Shown here piece after piece: positions 1-10,937 of a DNA stretch of 64,000 nt (within the stretch, counting starts at the first letter, position 1; each line of letters begins with the position of its first letter). The stretch lies in assembly GCA_963664435.2 (NCBI GenBank), contig CAXXKM010000001.1, positions 512,001-576,000 of the forward strand, in the 5' to 3' direction. A model generated the notes under the pieces. That model worked only from the letters and a program-made list of their open reading frames with translations, did not search any database and was not told where the DNA came from. The position numbers were made by a program, and so were the translations under genes. The stretch comes from Longimicrobiales bacterium (lineage in GTDB: Bacteria; Gemmatimonadota; Gemmatimonadetes; Longimicrobiales; Gaopeijiaceae).

Positions 1-171
1 ATGCTGGAGGGCAGTATCGAGATCGGACAGGGTCGCGCGTCGACCAAACCCTGGCATCCTCGCCTGGCAATCCTCGTCGCGAGCCGTGACGAGGTTTGGG
101 GAGCAACGCGCGGCGAGTTGGACCAGCCCTACCTGCACCGGTACCGCGTCGATCGGACCTGCGCGCTGTAA
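1..171 (+). CDS. C-terminal part of a protein running in from the left edge, probably a beta-propeller-type protein
   Basis: Open frame from base 1 to TAA at 169-171 ending VWGATRGELDQPYLHRYRVDRTCAL, resembling C-termini of 6-bladed propeller proteins; family call is recall-based. Confidence 0.45.
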   Translation: MLEGSIEIGQGRASTKPWHPRLAILVASRDEVWGATRGELDQPYLHRYRVDRTCAL

Positions 172-339
172 GTGGGACGCACGGCTGTCAGGACGGTGCT
201 GGCGTCATGATCGTGGAGCACCAGCGACCGGCAACCGGCCCGGCTAGATGCCCGTGCTGGGACAAGGTGGGCTGGCCAATCCTGGTAGCTACGGCACCAC
301 GCTGGCAGGGCTTGTCGCGACCTTCGACGTGTAAGGTAG

Positions 340-383
340 ACATTACTTCGATGTAGCTTGCGCATTACATCCTGATGGATGTA
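340..383. promoter_or_regulatory. Two tandem palindromic operator-like sites upstream of the mod regulator
   Basis: ACAT-N7-ATGT at 340-354 and TACATCC-N4-GGATGTA at 366-383 in an AT-richer patch. Confidence 0.55.
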
Positions 384-466
384 TCGTGCTCTTCCGCGGG
401 ATCCATCGGCCGTCGCAGTGGTCGATGACGACGAGGACGAGCCTGCTGCCCGATCGGGAGATGCGC

Positions 467-1590
467 ATGACCGACACGCGACTCCACAACAGCGTCCGGC
501 GCCACCGCCGGGATCTGCGCCTGTCGCAGGAGGCCCTCGGCGACCAGGTGGGGGTGAGCCGGCACGCCATCATGGCGATCGAGTCCGGCCGCCAGGTGCC
601 GTCCACGACGCTGGCGCTCCGGCTGGCGGCAACCTTCGGCTGCGCGGTCAAGGACCTCTTCCGGCTGGAGCCCGCGCCGGAGCTGGAGGTCCACCTCCCT
701 CCCCCCCGCCCCGCCTCGGCCGCCGTCCCGGCCGCCTCCGGCTCCCGGGTGGCCGTCGGCCGCGTCGGTGGCCGGTGGGCGGCCCATCCCCTCCCCGGGC
801 ACGCGACCGGCGCGGCCGACGCGATCGTTCAGGAGGGGGGAGCCCGCGTGCGCCCGGTGCGCGGCATGCGCCAGCTCGAGCGCAACGTCCTGGTGGCCGG
901 GTGCGCCCCCCTGCTCGCCAACCTGGCGCATCGGGTCGGGGAAGGCTCCGTCGACGCGCGCGCGACCTGGATCCCGGCCAGCAGCCACCGCGCCCTGGAC
1001 CTGCTGGCCGCAGGGATGGTGCACATAGCCGGGCTGCACCTGTCGGGCGGCGCGTCCAGCCACGCCAACGTGGAAGCGGTCCGGCGCCGCTTCCCGGGCA
1101 AACGCATGCTGGTGGTCAACCTGACCCGCTGGCGCCAGGGCTTTGTGGTGGCCGCGCGCAACCCGCTGGACATCCAGGACGCCGGCGACCTGCTCCGTCC
1201 GGGCGTGCGGGTGGTGGGGCGCGAACCCGGCACCGGCGCCGACGAGCTGTTCGCACGCCTGCTCGCCGACGAGCCCGGCGGGCACCCCGACTTCTCCGGT
1301 CCGGTGGCGGAGGGCCACCTCGACGTGGCCCGGCGGGTCCACTGCGGCGCGGCGGACGCGGGCGTCGCCATCGAGAGCGCCGCGCTCGCCTGGGGGCTGG
1401 GGTTCGTGCCCCTGGTGGAGGAGCGCTTCGACCTGGTCATTCCGGCGTCCATCGCCGAAACGCCTCCGGTTTCCCGCTTCCTCGACACGCTGGACGACCC
1501 CGGCTTCCGTGCCGAAGCCGCCTGCCTGCCGGGATACGACACCTCCATCAGCGGGCACGCGAGCACGCTCGAGGCCCGGAGCGCGGGGTC

Positions 1591-1594
<4 letters not shown>
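467..1594 (+). CDS. XRE-family HTH regulator fused to PBP-like (molybdate-binding) domain
   Basis: N-terminal LSQEALGDQVGVSRHAIMAIESGRQVPS HTH; C-terminal PBP-like motifs (HIAGLHL, REPGTGA, GLGFVPLVEERFDLV); GGAG SD before ATG 467; heads mod operon. Confidence 0.85.
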
Positions 1595-2367
<773 letters not shown>

Positions 2368-2373
2368 CTTCGG

Positions 2374-3219
2374 GTGAACCGGCAGGCGAACCTGCCCGAT
2401 GCCCTGGGCGCCGGACGCTGGCCGTCGCTGGCGGCGGCGCTGCCGATGCTGGTGCTGCTCGCCCTTCCCGTAGTCGCGCTGGCACTGGCCTCCTCGCCGG
2501 CGGAACTGGCCGCGGGTGCGCGCCACCCGCTCTTTCTTCCGGCGCTCGGGCTGACGGCGCGCACCACGGTGGTGAGCCTCGTGGTGGTGGTGGCGGCGGG
2601 CACCCCGCTGGCGTGGTGGCTCGCGGCGTCCTCCGGCCGCTGGGCGCGGGGCGTCGAGCAGCTGGTGGATCTGCCCATCGTGCTGCCGCCCGCGGTGCTC
2701 GGCATCGCGCTGCTCCAGACCTTCGGCCGCAACGGCCTGCTGGGCGGTCCGCTTGAGGCGCTCGGCCTGCAGATCCCCTTCACCACGGCCGCCGTGGTGC
2801 TCACCCAGGTGGTGGTCGCCTCGCCGTTCTACGTGCAGTCGGCCGCGGCCGCCTTCCGGCGGGTCGACCGGGACCTGCTCATCGTCGCGCGCACCCTGGG
2901 ACGGTCGCCGGCGGGGGCATTCTTCGGGGTGGCGGTGCCGGTGGCGCTTCCGGGGCTGGTCAGCGGAGTCGCGCTGGCGTGGGCGCGCGCGATCGGGGAG
3001 TTCGGGGCGACCCTGCTCTTTGCGGGCAACCTGCCGGGACGAACGCAGACCGCCCCGCTGGCCATCTACACGGCACTCGAGTCGGACGTCCAGGCCGCGG
3101 TCGCGCTTTCCCTGGTGCTCGCCGCGGTCGCGGTGCTCCTGCTGCTCGGGCTGCGCGCGCTTCCGGGCGGCCGCCTGGGCCGGGTGGTGGCGGCGGCCGC
3201 GGGGGCGGGGCGCCGGTGA
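2374..3219 (+). CDS. modB: Molybdate ABC transporter permease
   Basis: Hydrophobic; [39 protein letters not shown]. Confidence 0.93.
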   Translation: MNRQANLPDALGAGRWPSLAAALPMLVLLALPVVALALASSPAELAAGARHPLFLPALGLTARTTVVSLVVVVAAGTPLAWWLAASSGRWARGVEQLVDLPIVLPPAVLGIALLQTFGRNGLLGGPLEALGLQIPFTTAAVVLTQVVVASPFYVQSAAAAFRRVDRDLLIVARTLGRSPAGAFFGVAVPVALPGLVSGVALAWARAIGEFGATLLFAGNLPGRTQTAPLAIYTALESDVQAAVALSLVLAAVAVLLLLGLRALPGGRLGRVVAAAAGAGRR

Positions 3220-4004
3220 CCCGGAAGGCGGGCATGAACTCGACCTGGCACGCCGAGGTCCGCATGCGGGTCGGCGCGCTCCAACTGGAGGTGCGCGTGG
3301 ATGGCGGCGTGCGGCCGGTCGCCCTGGTGGGCCCCAACGGCTCGGGCAAGACCACCCTGCTGCGCACCATAGCGGGAGCCTACCGGCCATCCGCCGGTGT
3401 AATCGCGGTCGGCGACCGCGTCCTTTTCGACTCCGCGCGCGGCATCGACCTTCCCCCGGAAGAGCGAGGGGTGGGCTACGTGCCCCAGGGGTACGGGCTG
3501 TTCCCGCACCTGCGCGTGCTCGACAACGTGGGGTTCGGGCTGGCGGGCTCCTCCCGGCGCGACAACGGTGCGCGCGCCTCCGCCCTGGCCGTGCTCGAAC
3601 AACTCGATGCCGGTCATCTCGCCGAGCGTTGGCCGGACACGCTTTCGGGCGGAGAGCGCCAGCGGGTCGCGCTGGCTCGCGCGCTGGTCACCGAGCCCCA
3701 CATCCTGCTCCTGGACGAGCCGCTCGCCGCACTGGATGCGGCCGCGCGCCGAGCCATGCGCCGCCGGCTTGCGGACCGGCTCGCGGAGAGCGCCGTCCCG
3801 GCCCTGGTTATCACCCACGATGTGCACGACATCGTGGCGCTGAACGCCCACGTGCACGTCATGGAGGAGGGGAAGATCGTCCAGCGAGGCTCCGCCGACG
3901 CGCTGGCCACGCACCCCGCCACCGAGTTCGTGGCGGAGGTCTTCGGGTCACCGCTCGTTACGCGCGGAAACCATCCTCCGAACAAGCAGCCCGGCGCGCG
4001 CTAA
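3216..4004 (+). CDS. modC: Molybdate ABC transporter ATP-binding protein
   Basis: Walker [30 protein letters not shown]; start GTG 3216 (overlap) or ATG 3234. Confidence 0.9.
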   Translation: MTRKAGMNSTWHAEVRMRVGALQLEVRVDGGVRPVALVGPNGSGKTTLLRTIAGAYRPSAGVIAVGDRVLFDSARGIDLPPEERGVGYVPQGYGLFPHLRVLDNVGFGLAGSSRRDNGARASALAVLEQLDAGHLAERWPDTLSGGERQRVALARALVTEPHILLLDEPLAALDAAARRAMRRRLADRLAESAVPALVITHDVHDIVALNAHVHVMEEGKIVQRGSADALATHPATEFVAEVFGSPLVTRGNHPPNKQPGAR

Positions 4005-4366
4005 CCACCCTCCTGCGGCTCGGCTCCAGGATCGACGTCGGACCGGCCCGAACCCGGCTGTTCGTCCGTAGCCGATTCGGAAGAGGACGAATCGGCCCGG
4101 ACGCAGAGCGCGCCCAACTCCCCCGCGGTAATCGTGCACCCGCCAAAGCGGAGTACGTCCGCAGGATCGAGCAGGGCCTGACGGATCGGGTGCCACTCGT
4201 CCCCCCGGCGAACGAAGGTGCCGCTCCCCGTCGCGCGATCGGCGACGTGGATCCGGCCCTCCGGCAGGCACACGACCTCGGCGTGGCACCGCGACACGCT
4301 GCCATCGCGCAGCACCACATCGCACGTGCCCTTGCGGCCTACGGTCCGAGCAACGATACGGGACAT
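4001..4366 (-). CDS. Stand-alone FHA-domain protein
   Basis: TVGRKGTCDVVLRDGSVSRCHAEV...GTFV...LRFG FHA pattern. Confidence 0.8.
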   Translation of the reverse strand: MSRIVARTVGRKGTCDVVLRDGSVSRCHAEVVCLPEGRIHVADRATGSGTFVRRGDEWHPIRQALLDPADVLRFGGCTITAGELGALCVRADSSSSESATDEQPGSGRSDVDPGAEPQEGG

Positions 4367-4378
4367 TTCCGGTTCCTC

Positions 4379-5905
4379 TCAGTTCTCGGGTTTGCCTGCA
4401 GGTCCGGACTGGAGGGCGAGAGCCGGCCCGTCGCCGAACCGGACCACGGCACCGGGACCGAGTTTCCGGGGCGTGAAGGGAACCAGTCTCTCGCCGTCGA
4501 CCCAGGTACCCTCGCGCGAGTTCAAGTCCTCGATGAGGAAACGCCCGCCCTTGCGGATCACGCGCGCGTGACGCATGGAGACGGTCGGGTCGTGAATGAC
4601 CTCGTCGACCAGCGTCGGCTGACGGCCGATGACGAGCCCGCCTTCGGCACGCCGGAGCCTGTGGCCCCCGAACCGGATGTCGATGGGTGGGTCGCCGTAG
4701 TTCGAGGCATCGGCGACGAACCGAAGATCCGGGAGGGCGCCTTCCTGCGGTGCGCCGCCCCCGGCTGTGGGTCGGCGAGCACGTCCCGCGAGCAGTCCGC
4801 GACCGGGCCGGAAGTATCTGAACGGCAGATAGAGCCCGGAACCGCGGGGAAGCCCGGGGTCGCGCCCCCCCGCCGACCCCTGCTCGACGACCCGGACAAC
4901 TTCCCGGCGCGGCGCGCGCACGGTCAGGAACATCAAGGTCGGAAACATGACCGCGGCCATCCCGAGCGTGATCCACAGACCCAGGGCTACCCGGTCCTCG
5001 GTCGCCTCCATGCGTTGCTCGGTCGCCTCCACCGCCGACCCCACGGCCTCCGCGGCCGCGCTCGCCGCCGCTTCCGCCGCTTCGTTCGCCGCGCTGGCCG
5101 CCGCCTGCACGGCCTGTTCCGCCGCTCTGGCTGCCGCTTCCGCAGCCTCTCTCGCCGCGCTGGCTTCATCATCGGTGCAACGGGCGTCGCTCGTGCTGAC
5201 GGCGATACCGAGCGTCCGCAGTTCGCGCACCGCCTCGGTGATCCGCGAAGCCACGAATACGCCCTGCGATGCGAGGGCGCTTCTGGTGTTCACGCCAACC
5301 ACCATTCCGCAGTCGGAGATCAGAGGCCCTCCGCTGTTGCCCGGATTGATCGCGGCATCGTGCTGAATCAGGTCCAGCGCCCTTCCTCCGCCCCTGATAT
5401 CCCAGGGCGCGCGGTACAGTCGGCTGATCACGCCCCGCGTCAATGTCGTTTGAAGCGACATGTTCCCGGTGATCGCGTCCGCGATGCCGGGGAACCCCAC
5501 GGCCCATACGGCTTCGCCCGTCTGCAGCGGCATGGTCCCGAGCAGAACCTCCGGCAACGCCAGCGTGTCGACCTCGAGCACCGCCAGGTCCAGTTCGGGG
5601 GATCCCCAGCGTACGCGGGCCTGTTGCATGCCGCCGGTGTGCGCCGAGATCACCTGATGCGTCGCGCCGCCGTCCACGACGTGATGGTTGGTCAGGACGA
5701 TGCCGGGAGCCACCACCGCCCCGCTGCCGGTGCCGAAGCCGGTGGGAAGGAGCGTGATGACCCGCACGACGCTGCGATCGGCCTCCCGGATTCGATCAAC
5801 CGCGGTCCTCGACTGGCCGGCCAACGCATCCGGGCGCACGACGAGAACGGACCAGAGGGTCAATGCCGCGACCATCCCAACGCCTGCGATGCCTCGGCTG
5901 GACAT
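4379..5905 (-). CDS. Trypsin-like serine protease - Ala/Glu-rich linker - TM helix - FHA domain
   Basis: Signal-like N-terminus; TNHHVV, DLAVL, GNSGGP triad motifs; TM LGLWITLGMAAVMFPTLMFLTV; C-terminal IGR...VSMRHARV...DLNSREGTWVDG. Confidence 0.85.
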   Translation of the reverse strand: MSSRGIAGVGMVAALTLWSVLVVRPDALAGQSRTAVDRIREADRSVVRVITLLPTGFGTGSGAVVAPGIVLTNHHVVDGGATHQVISAHTGGMQQARVRWGSPELDLAVLEVDTLALPEVLLGTMPLQTGEAVWAVGFPGIADAITGNMSLQTTLTRGVISRLYRAPWDIRGGGRALDLIQHDAAINPGNSGGPLISDCGMVVGVNTRSALASQGVFVASRITEAVRELRTLGIAVSTSDARCTDDEASAAREAAEAAARAAEQAVQAAASAANEAAEAAASAAAEAVGSAVEATEQRMEATEDRVALGLWITLGMAAVMFPTLMFLTVRAPRREVVRVVEQGSAGGRDPGLPRGSGLYLPFRYFRPGRGLLAGRARRPTAGGGAPQEGALPDLRFVADASNYGDPPIDIRFGGHRLRRAEGGLVIGRQPTLVDEVIHDPTVSMRHARVIRKGGRFLIEDLNSREGTWVDGERLVPFTPRKLGPGAVVRFGDGPALALQSGPAGKPEN

Positions 5906-6149
5906 CGACTCTCTTCTCCTTCCGATGGGCGAGCCTGTGTCTGGTACACCCCGCCGTGAAGGAGGTACCGGCGCGCGGCCCGGTCGGGTCGTCGGACTCG
6001 AAGTATGGGCTCGCGAACGTAACCTGGCCCCGTGGGCCGGGGTACATCACCCGATCACCATCTTGGCATGTATTTTGCGGCCCTGGCGTGGCGATCCGGC
6101 TCGTCGCTCGGGCCCTCGCACCTCCACCCACCGGAAGGGGATGACACCC

Positions 6150-6647
6150 ATGAAGAAGAGCATCCTGTTCGCTGCCGCGGCGATGTCCGCTTGTTCCTCC
6201 GCCCCGATCTCCTACTACGGCGTGGCGCCACCCGGCAGAGAGACGGCCTATCAGTGCGCCGTCGCTCAACTGAACATTCTGGGCTACACGATCGAGGACG
6301 GAAACAGCGATGCCGGCTTTGTCCGGGGCCGCAAGCAGACGTCGGGTCTGGGGACCCAGATATTCACCGGCAACACGTACCACGACGTGCTCACCGCGAC
6401 CGCCTTCGACAACCCCGCCACCGGAGAGACCAACCTGAGGGTCGTGGCGACCCGGATCGCGGAACAGGACACCGGCCTGCTCGGGGCCATCAGCGACGAG
6501 CCCGAGCAGGGAGAGGACGTCATCGCGCCCTCGGACAGCGGAAAGGGCGACGCCCGGGTGCTGCTGGCCAGCTGTGGGGTCTCCAGCGTGACCACTTCCG
6601 GGGGGCCCGATGCCTATCTGCTGCAGGGGACGGCGGGCCCGCGCTGA
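6150..6647 (+). CDS. Hypothetical lipoprotein
   Basis: MKKSILFAAAAMSAC lipobox-like start; purine-rich RBS; high GC3. Confidence 0.75.
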   Translation: MKKSILFAAAAMSACSSAPISYYGVAPPGRETAYQCAVAQLNILGYTIEDGNSDAGFVRGRKQTSGLGTQIFTGNTYHDVLTATAFDNPATGETNLRVVATRIAEQDTGLLGAISDEPEQGEDVIAPSDSGKGDARVLLASCGVSSVTTSGGPDAYLLQGTAGPR

Positions 6648-6684
6648 CTCGCAACTCTTCCCCCGTGAGGGGTGTCCGCCGCCC

Positions 6685-8346
6685 TCAGCGGCTCAACGGA
6701 GGCGTGAACGGGGGCGGACGGCGGTGCTGCGTGGCCTGCTCGTAGGCGTAGCTGATGCGGATCAGGGTCGGCTCGTCGAAGGGCCGCCCCAGCAACTGCA
6801 GCCCGGCGGGTAGCCGACCGAAGGAATATCCCATCGGCACGTTGAAGGCCGGAAAGCCGGTGGGGGGCGAGAGGATGGAGCTGTTCGCCCCGTACGTGGT
6901 GTTCTCGTCGCCGATCAGCCGGGCCGGGTAGTTGTAGGTCGGATAGACCAGAACGTCGAGTTCGTGCTCCTCGAAGACGGCGAGCACGGCGTCCCGCAAC
7001 CGCTCCTGCGTCTCCAGGTATTGAGGGTAGTCCTCGTGCTCCTCGGGCACGTAGTCCACTTCCCGGTTGCGCTCCAGGCTGGCGCGCAGGAAGGGATGAT
7101 AGTCGCCCGACTCCACCACGTCGTCGAGCGTCTTGAACTTCAGTTCCGGACGCGTGGCCAGGTAATTCTCGAAGTCGTACTTCAGCCGGCTGATGCTCGG
7201 GAAGTCCCCGCGGATGTCGTCCAGGTCCGGGATCTCGACAGCATCCACGACGACCGCGCCGGCGGCGCGCATGTCCGCGAGCGCCTGTTCCATCACCCGC
7301 AACACCTCGGGATGGATGGTGGTGGGCTCGTCCTCTTCCTCTTCGTCCCGGTCTTGCCCCTCGGGCGCCCCGGACTCCTGGTCCGGGTCCTCTGACGGCA
7401 TCTCCTCGCCCGGGGCGAGGACCCCGCTTCCGAGCGAGCGCGGATCGTCGTAGTCGCGCGCCTCCTCGAACAACTGGCGCAGGACGCCGATGCGGGCACC
7501 CTGGAGTCCGTCGGCATCGAGGAACTGGCGGTAGTTGTCGGGAACCCGCCCTTCGCTCTCGAGCGTGACGGGGTCCGCCGGATCCTGGTCCACGATCACC
7601 TCCAGCACCGCGACCGCGTCGGCCACGGTGCGGGCCATGGGACCGCCCACGTCGCGGGCGGCGCTCAGCGGGGCGATGCCGTCGCGGCTGGTGAGCCCCA
7701 TGGTGGTGCGGAACCCCACAAGCGCCTGGTGGGAGGAGGGGCCGCGAATGGAGCTGCCGGTGTCCGATCCGAGACCGACGGCGCCGAAGTTGGCGGCGAC
7801 CGCGGCTCCCGTGCCTCCGCTCGATCCGGCCGTCACCCGGGTGGGGTCGTAGGGGTTGCGCGAGTAGCCGGGCAGTACCGAGCTGAGCGTGAACGCGCCG
7901 CTGGACGCGAACTCGGCCAGGTTGGACTTGGCCAGGATGATGGCGCCCGCCTCGCGCAGCTTGCGCACCTGGTAGGCGTCGTCGGGCGGAATCGCCCCGC
8001 GGAAGGCGAGGGTCCCGTTGGTGGTGGGCAGGTCGTAGGTGTCGTAGTTGTCCTTCACGATCACCGGGATGCCGTGCAGCGGGCCGGTGAAGCCGGTCGC
8101 CCGGAAGGCGTCGTCGAGCTCGCGCGCCCGCTCCAGCGCGCCCTCGCTCACGGTGATGATGGAGTTCAGGTAGGGCCCCTGCCGGTCATACGCCTCGATG
8201 CGGTCGAGGTAGCTCTGCACCAGCTCCTCCGCGTTGAGCCGGCCCTCCTCCATCGCCTGGTGGATGTCGGCGATGGTCGCCTCCTCGACCTGGAAGGCGG
8301 GCGCGCACGCGGCGGCGAGCAGGAGAAGGGGCAGGACGCGCATCAT
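6685..8346 (-). CDS. Amidase signature family lipoprotein
   Basis: LAAAC lipobox; HGIPVIVKDN, AGSSGG, GSDTGSSIRGPS. Confidence 0.92.
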   Translation of the reverse strand: MMRVLPLLLLAAACAPAFQVEEATIADIHQAMEEGRLNAEELVQSYLDRIEAYDRQGPYLNSIITVSEGALERARELDDAFRATGFTGPLHGIPVIVKDNYDTYDLPTTNGTLAFRGAIPPDDAYQVRKLREAGAIILAKSNLAEFASSGAFTLSSVLPGYSRNPYDPTRVTAGSSGGTGAAVAANFGAVGLGSDTGSSIRGPSSHQALVGFRTTMGLTSRDGIAPLSAARDVGGPMARTVADAVAVLEVIVDQDPADPVTLESEGRVPDNYRQFLDADGLQGARIGVLRQLFEEARDYDDPRSLGSGVLAPGEEMPSEDPDQESGAPEGQDRDEEEEDEPTTIHPEVLRVMEQALADMRAAGAVVVDAVEIPDLDDIRGDFPSISRLKYDFENYLATRPELKFKTLDDVVESGDYHPFLRASLERNREVDYVPEEHEDYPQYLETQERLRDAVLAVFEEHELDVLVYPTYNYPARLIGDENTTYGANSSILSPPTGFPAFNVPMGYSFGRLPAGLQLLGRPFDEPTLIRISYAYEQATQHRRPPPFTPPLSR

Positions 8347-8351
8347 CTACC

Positions 8352-10199
8352 TCAGAACAGATCGGAGGGATCGGGCTCCGCGCCCCGGTCCTCGTAGCGA
8401 TTGGGAATGTGGTCCCCGGTGACCATGTCCTGGTAGGAAAGTCCCGGCCCGACCATCGGATACACGTGCGCCTCCGGATCGATGACGACTTCCAGGAAGG
8501 CGGGGCCGGGGAACTCGATGAACTCCTTGACGACCCGCGGGACATCCTCCTTGCGGTCAAGGCGCTCGGCGTACTCGAAACCGTCCGCCTTCGCCGCCAG
8601 CACGAAATCCTTCTTGCGCAGCGACTTGTCGCTCGCAGACAGGCGGCCCTTGAAGAAGAGGCGCTGCCACTGCATGACCATGCCGTCGCCGAAGTTGTTC
8701 AGCACCATGATCTTGACGGGCAGATCGTAGGAGCTGGCGGTCTCGAACTCTCCCAGGTTCATGCGGATGCTGGCGTCGCCGTCCACATCGATGACCAGCT
8801 TGTCCGGGCGCGCGAACTGGGCGCCGATGGCCGCCGGCAGCCCGAATCCCATCGTGCCCATGCTCCCGGAGGTCAGCCAGAGCCGCGGCTCGCCGAAGTC
8901 GCAGTACTGGGCGGCCCACATCTGGTGCTGTCCTACGCCGGTCGAGATGATCGCCTCGCCGCGGGTGATGCGGTTCATGACCTCCATGACGTAGTACGGC
9001 TGGATGAGCGAACTCTCGCGGTCGTAGTCGAGGGCGTAGTCGCGCTTGAGCGCCGCGACCTCGGCGTGCCATTCGGAGAAGTCGGTGCTGAATCCGATCG
9101 AGTGCCCGTACGCCACCAGGGCGTCGAGGGCCTCGGGGAGCATCCCGGTGTAGTGCCAGTCCGCCGGCTTGACCTTGTGGATCTCCGAGGGATCGATGTC
9201 GAAGTGAATCACGCGGCGGGCCTTGGCCGCGAACTTCGACGGCACCCCGGCCACGCGATCGTCGAAGCGCGCGCCCACCGCAATGAGCAGGTCGCAGTCG
9301 TCCACCGCATAGTTGGCGAACGCCGTGCCGTGCATCCCCAGCATGTGCAGGCAGAGGGGCGCCGTGGTGTCGAAGCTGCCCAGCCCCATGAGGGTGGTCA
9401 CGCCCGGGATGCCGAAGTCGTTGGCCAGCCGGCGCAGGGGCTCGGAGGCGTTCGCGTTCACCACGCCTCCCCCGGCGTAGATGAGCGGGCGGCGGCTCTC
9501 CCCCAGCATGTCGAAGAATTCACCGCACCGTTCCGGGCTCAACCTGCGTGCCTGCAGTGCCTGGAGGCGCCGCCGGTACCCCGTGATGGGCAGGCGTCCC
9601 TCCCCCCGGAAAGCCCCGGTCCAGTTCTGTACGTCCTTGGGCACGTCCACCACCACCGGACCGGGCCGGCCGGTGCGCGCGATCTCGAAGGCCGTGCGCA
9701 TGGTGGCCTCGAGCTGCTCCGGCTTCGTGACCAGGAAGACGTGCTTGGCCACCGGGCCCATCACCGCGGTGACCGGGGCCTCCTGGAAGGCGTCGGTGCC
9801 GATGGCGGCGGTGGGCACCTGGCCGCAGATGACCACGATGGGCACCGAGTCGGCCATGCAGTCGCGCACCGGGGTCACGCAGTTGGTGGCGCCGGGCCCG
9901 GAGGTCACCAGCACGCACCCCACCTTGCCGCTGGCGCGCGCGTAACCGGCCGCCATGAAGCCGGCCCCCTGCTCGTTGGCGGGCACGATCAGCGGCATCG
10001 GCTCCACGCCGTCGTGCGCGTTCTCCTGGTTGTAGCGGAAGACGGCGTCGTAGGTGGGGAGGATCGCTCCGCCGCTGTAGCCGAAGATGGTGTCGATTCC
10101 CTCGTCGGCCAGGACCTGAACGATCATCTCGGCTCCGCTCATGACCCGGCCCGCGAGCGGGTGCGCGGGGGGTTCGCGGAGCGCCGTGCTGGTTGTCAT
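8352..10199 (-). CDS. ilvB: Acetolactate synthase large subunit
   Basis: FGYSGGAILP, TSGPGATN, TGRPGPVVVDVPKD, TGVGQHQMWAAQ, SGSMGTMGFGLP, GDAS..MN; GGAGG SD before ATG 10199. Confidence 0.95.
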   Translation of the reverse strand: MTTSTALREPPAHPLAGRVMSGAEMIVQVLADEGIDTIFGYSGGAILPTYDAVFRYNQENAHDGVEPMPLIVPANEQGAGFMAAGYARASGKVGCVLVTSGPGATNCVTPVRDCMADSVPIVVICGQVPTAAIGTDAFQEAPVTAVMGPVAKHVFLVTKPEQLEATMRTAFEIARTGRPGPVVVDVPKDVQNWTGAFRGEGRLPITGYRRRLQALQARRLSPERCGEFFDMLGESRRPLIYAGGGVVNANASEPLRRLANDFGIPGVTTLMGLGSFDTTAPLCLHMLGMHGTAFANYAVDDCDLLIAVGARFDDRVAGVPSKFAAKARRVIHFDIDPSEIHKVKPADWHYTGMLPEALDALVAYGHSIGFSTDFSEWHAEVAALKRDYALDYDRESSLIQPYYVMEVMNRITRGEAIISTGVGQHQMWAAQYCDFGEPRLWLTSGSMGTMGFGLPAAIGAQFARPDKLVIDVDGDASIRMNLGEFETASSYDLPVKIMVLNNFGDGMVMQWQRLFFKGRLSASDKSLRKKDFVLAAKADGFEYAERLDRKEDVPRVVKEFIEFPGPAFLEVVIDPEAHVYPMVGPGLSYQDMVTGDHIPNRYEDRGAEPDPSDLF

Positions 10200-10338
10200 G
10201 GAAACGCCTCCCGTGGCGTGCACGGAAAAGGATTGGGTGCCGTGGTGAATAGTCGGACAAAGGGAGTCGAATGGCAAAGCCCGCATGAGCCGCTGCATAT
10301 CTTGCGATGCCCGCGCCATCCCGCAAGCTTAGACCGCC

Positions 10339-10836
10339 ATGCGACACACCCTGTCCGTCCTGCTTCAGAACGAGGCCGGCGCGCTTTCCCGCGTCACCGA
10401 CCTGTTTTCGACCCGTGGCTTCAACATCGAAAGCCTCAACGTCGCGCCGACGAAGGACTACGCGGTTTCGCGCCTGACGCTGGTCACCAACGGCTCGGAC
10501 CAGACCCTCGCGCAGATCATGAAGCAGCTGAGCAAGCTGGTGGACGTCGTGGACCTGAGAAACATGACCGGCCGCGACCACATCATCCGCGAACTCGCGC
10601 TCTTCAAGCTGCGCCTGACGACGGGCACCCGGGCTCAGCTGGACGAAATGGTCGCGGAGTTCGGCGGTTCAATCCTCGCCGAGCACGAAGGTCACTTCAC
10701 CATCGAGATCACCAGCAGCGGCCCCAGGATCGACGGCTTCCTCGAGAGCGCCGGGAAGATCGCGGAAACGGATGCGCTGGTGCGCAGCGGGGCCATGGCG
10801 GTCTCGCGCGGCGCGCCCATCGGCTGGCGCGGCTAG
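10339..10836 (+). CDS. ilvH: Acetolactate synthase small regulatory subunit
   Basis: MRHTLSVLLQNEAGALSRVTDLFSTRGFNIESLNVA ACT domain; KQLSKLVDV; VRSG..A.SRG C-terminus. Confidence 0.93.
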   Translation: MRHTLSVLLQNEAGALSRVTDLFSTRGFNIESLNVAPTKDYAVSRLTLVTNGSDQTLAQIMKQLSKLVDVVDLRNMTGRDHIIRELALFKLRLTTGTRAQLDEMVAEFGGSILAEHEGHFTIEITSSGPRIDGFLESAGKIAETDALVRSGAMAVSRGAPIGWRG

Positions 10837-10937
10837 GCGCCGGGCTTCCCGCCGAGCGTCCGCCGCCCGGCCCTGTCGCGCACGCGGGCCGGGGATCGAG
10901 CGACGCGCGCGGCAGCTTGCGGGGCTGACGCCCGGGG

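Noticed and set aside
2753..5959. Long ORFs overlapping real genes (e.g. 2753-5959 +, 829-3390 -, 8409-10928 +, 33342-37163 -)
   Set aside because: Shadow frames typical of high-GC DNA; Arg/Pro/Gly-rich or antisense to genes with clear motifs
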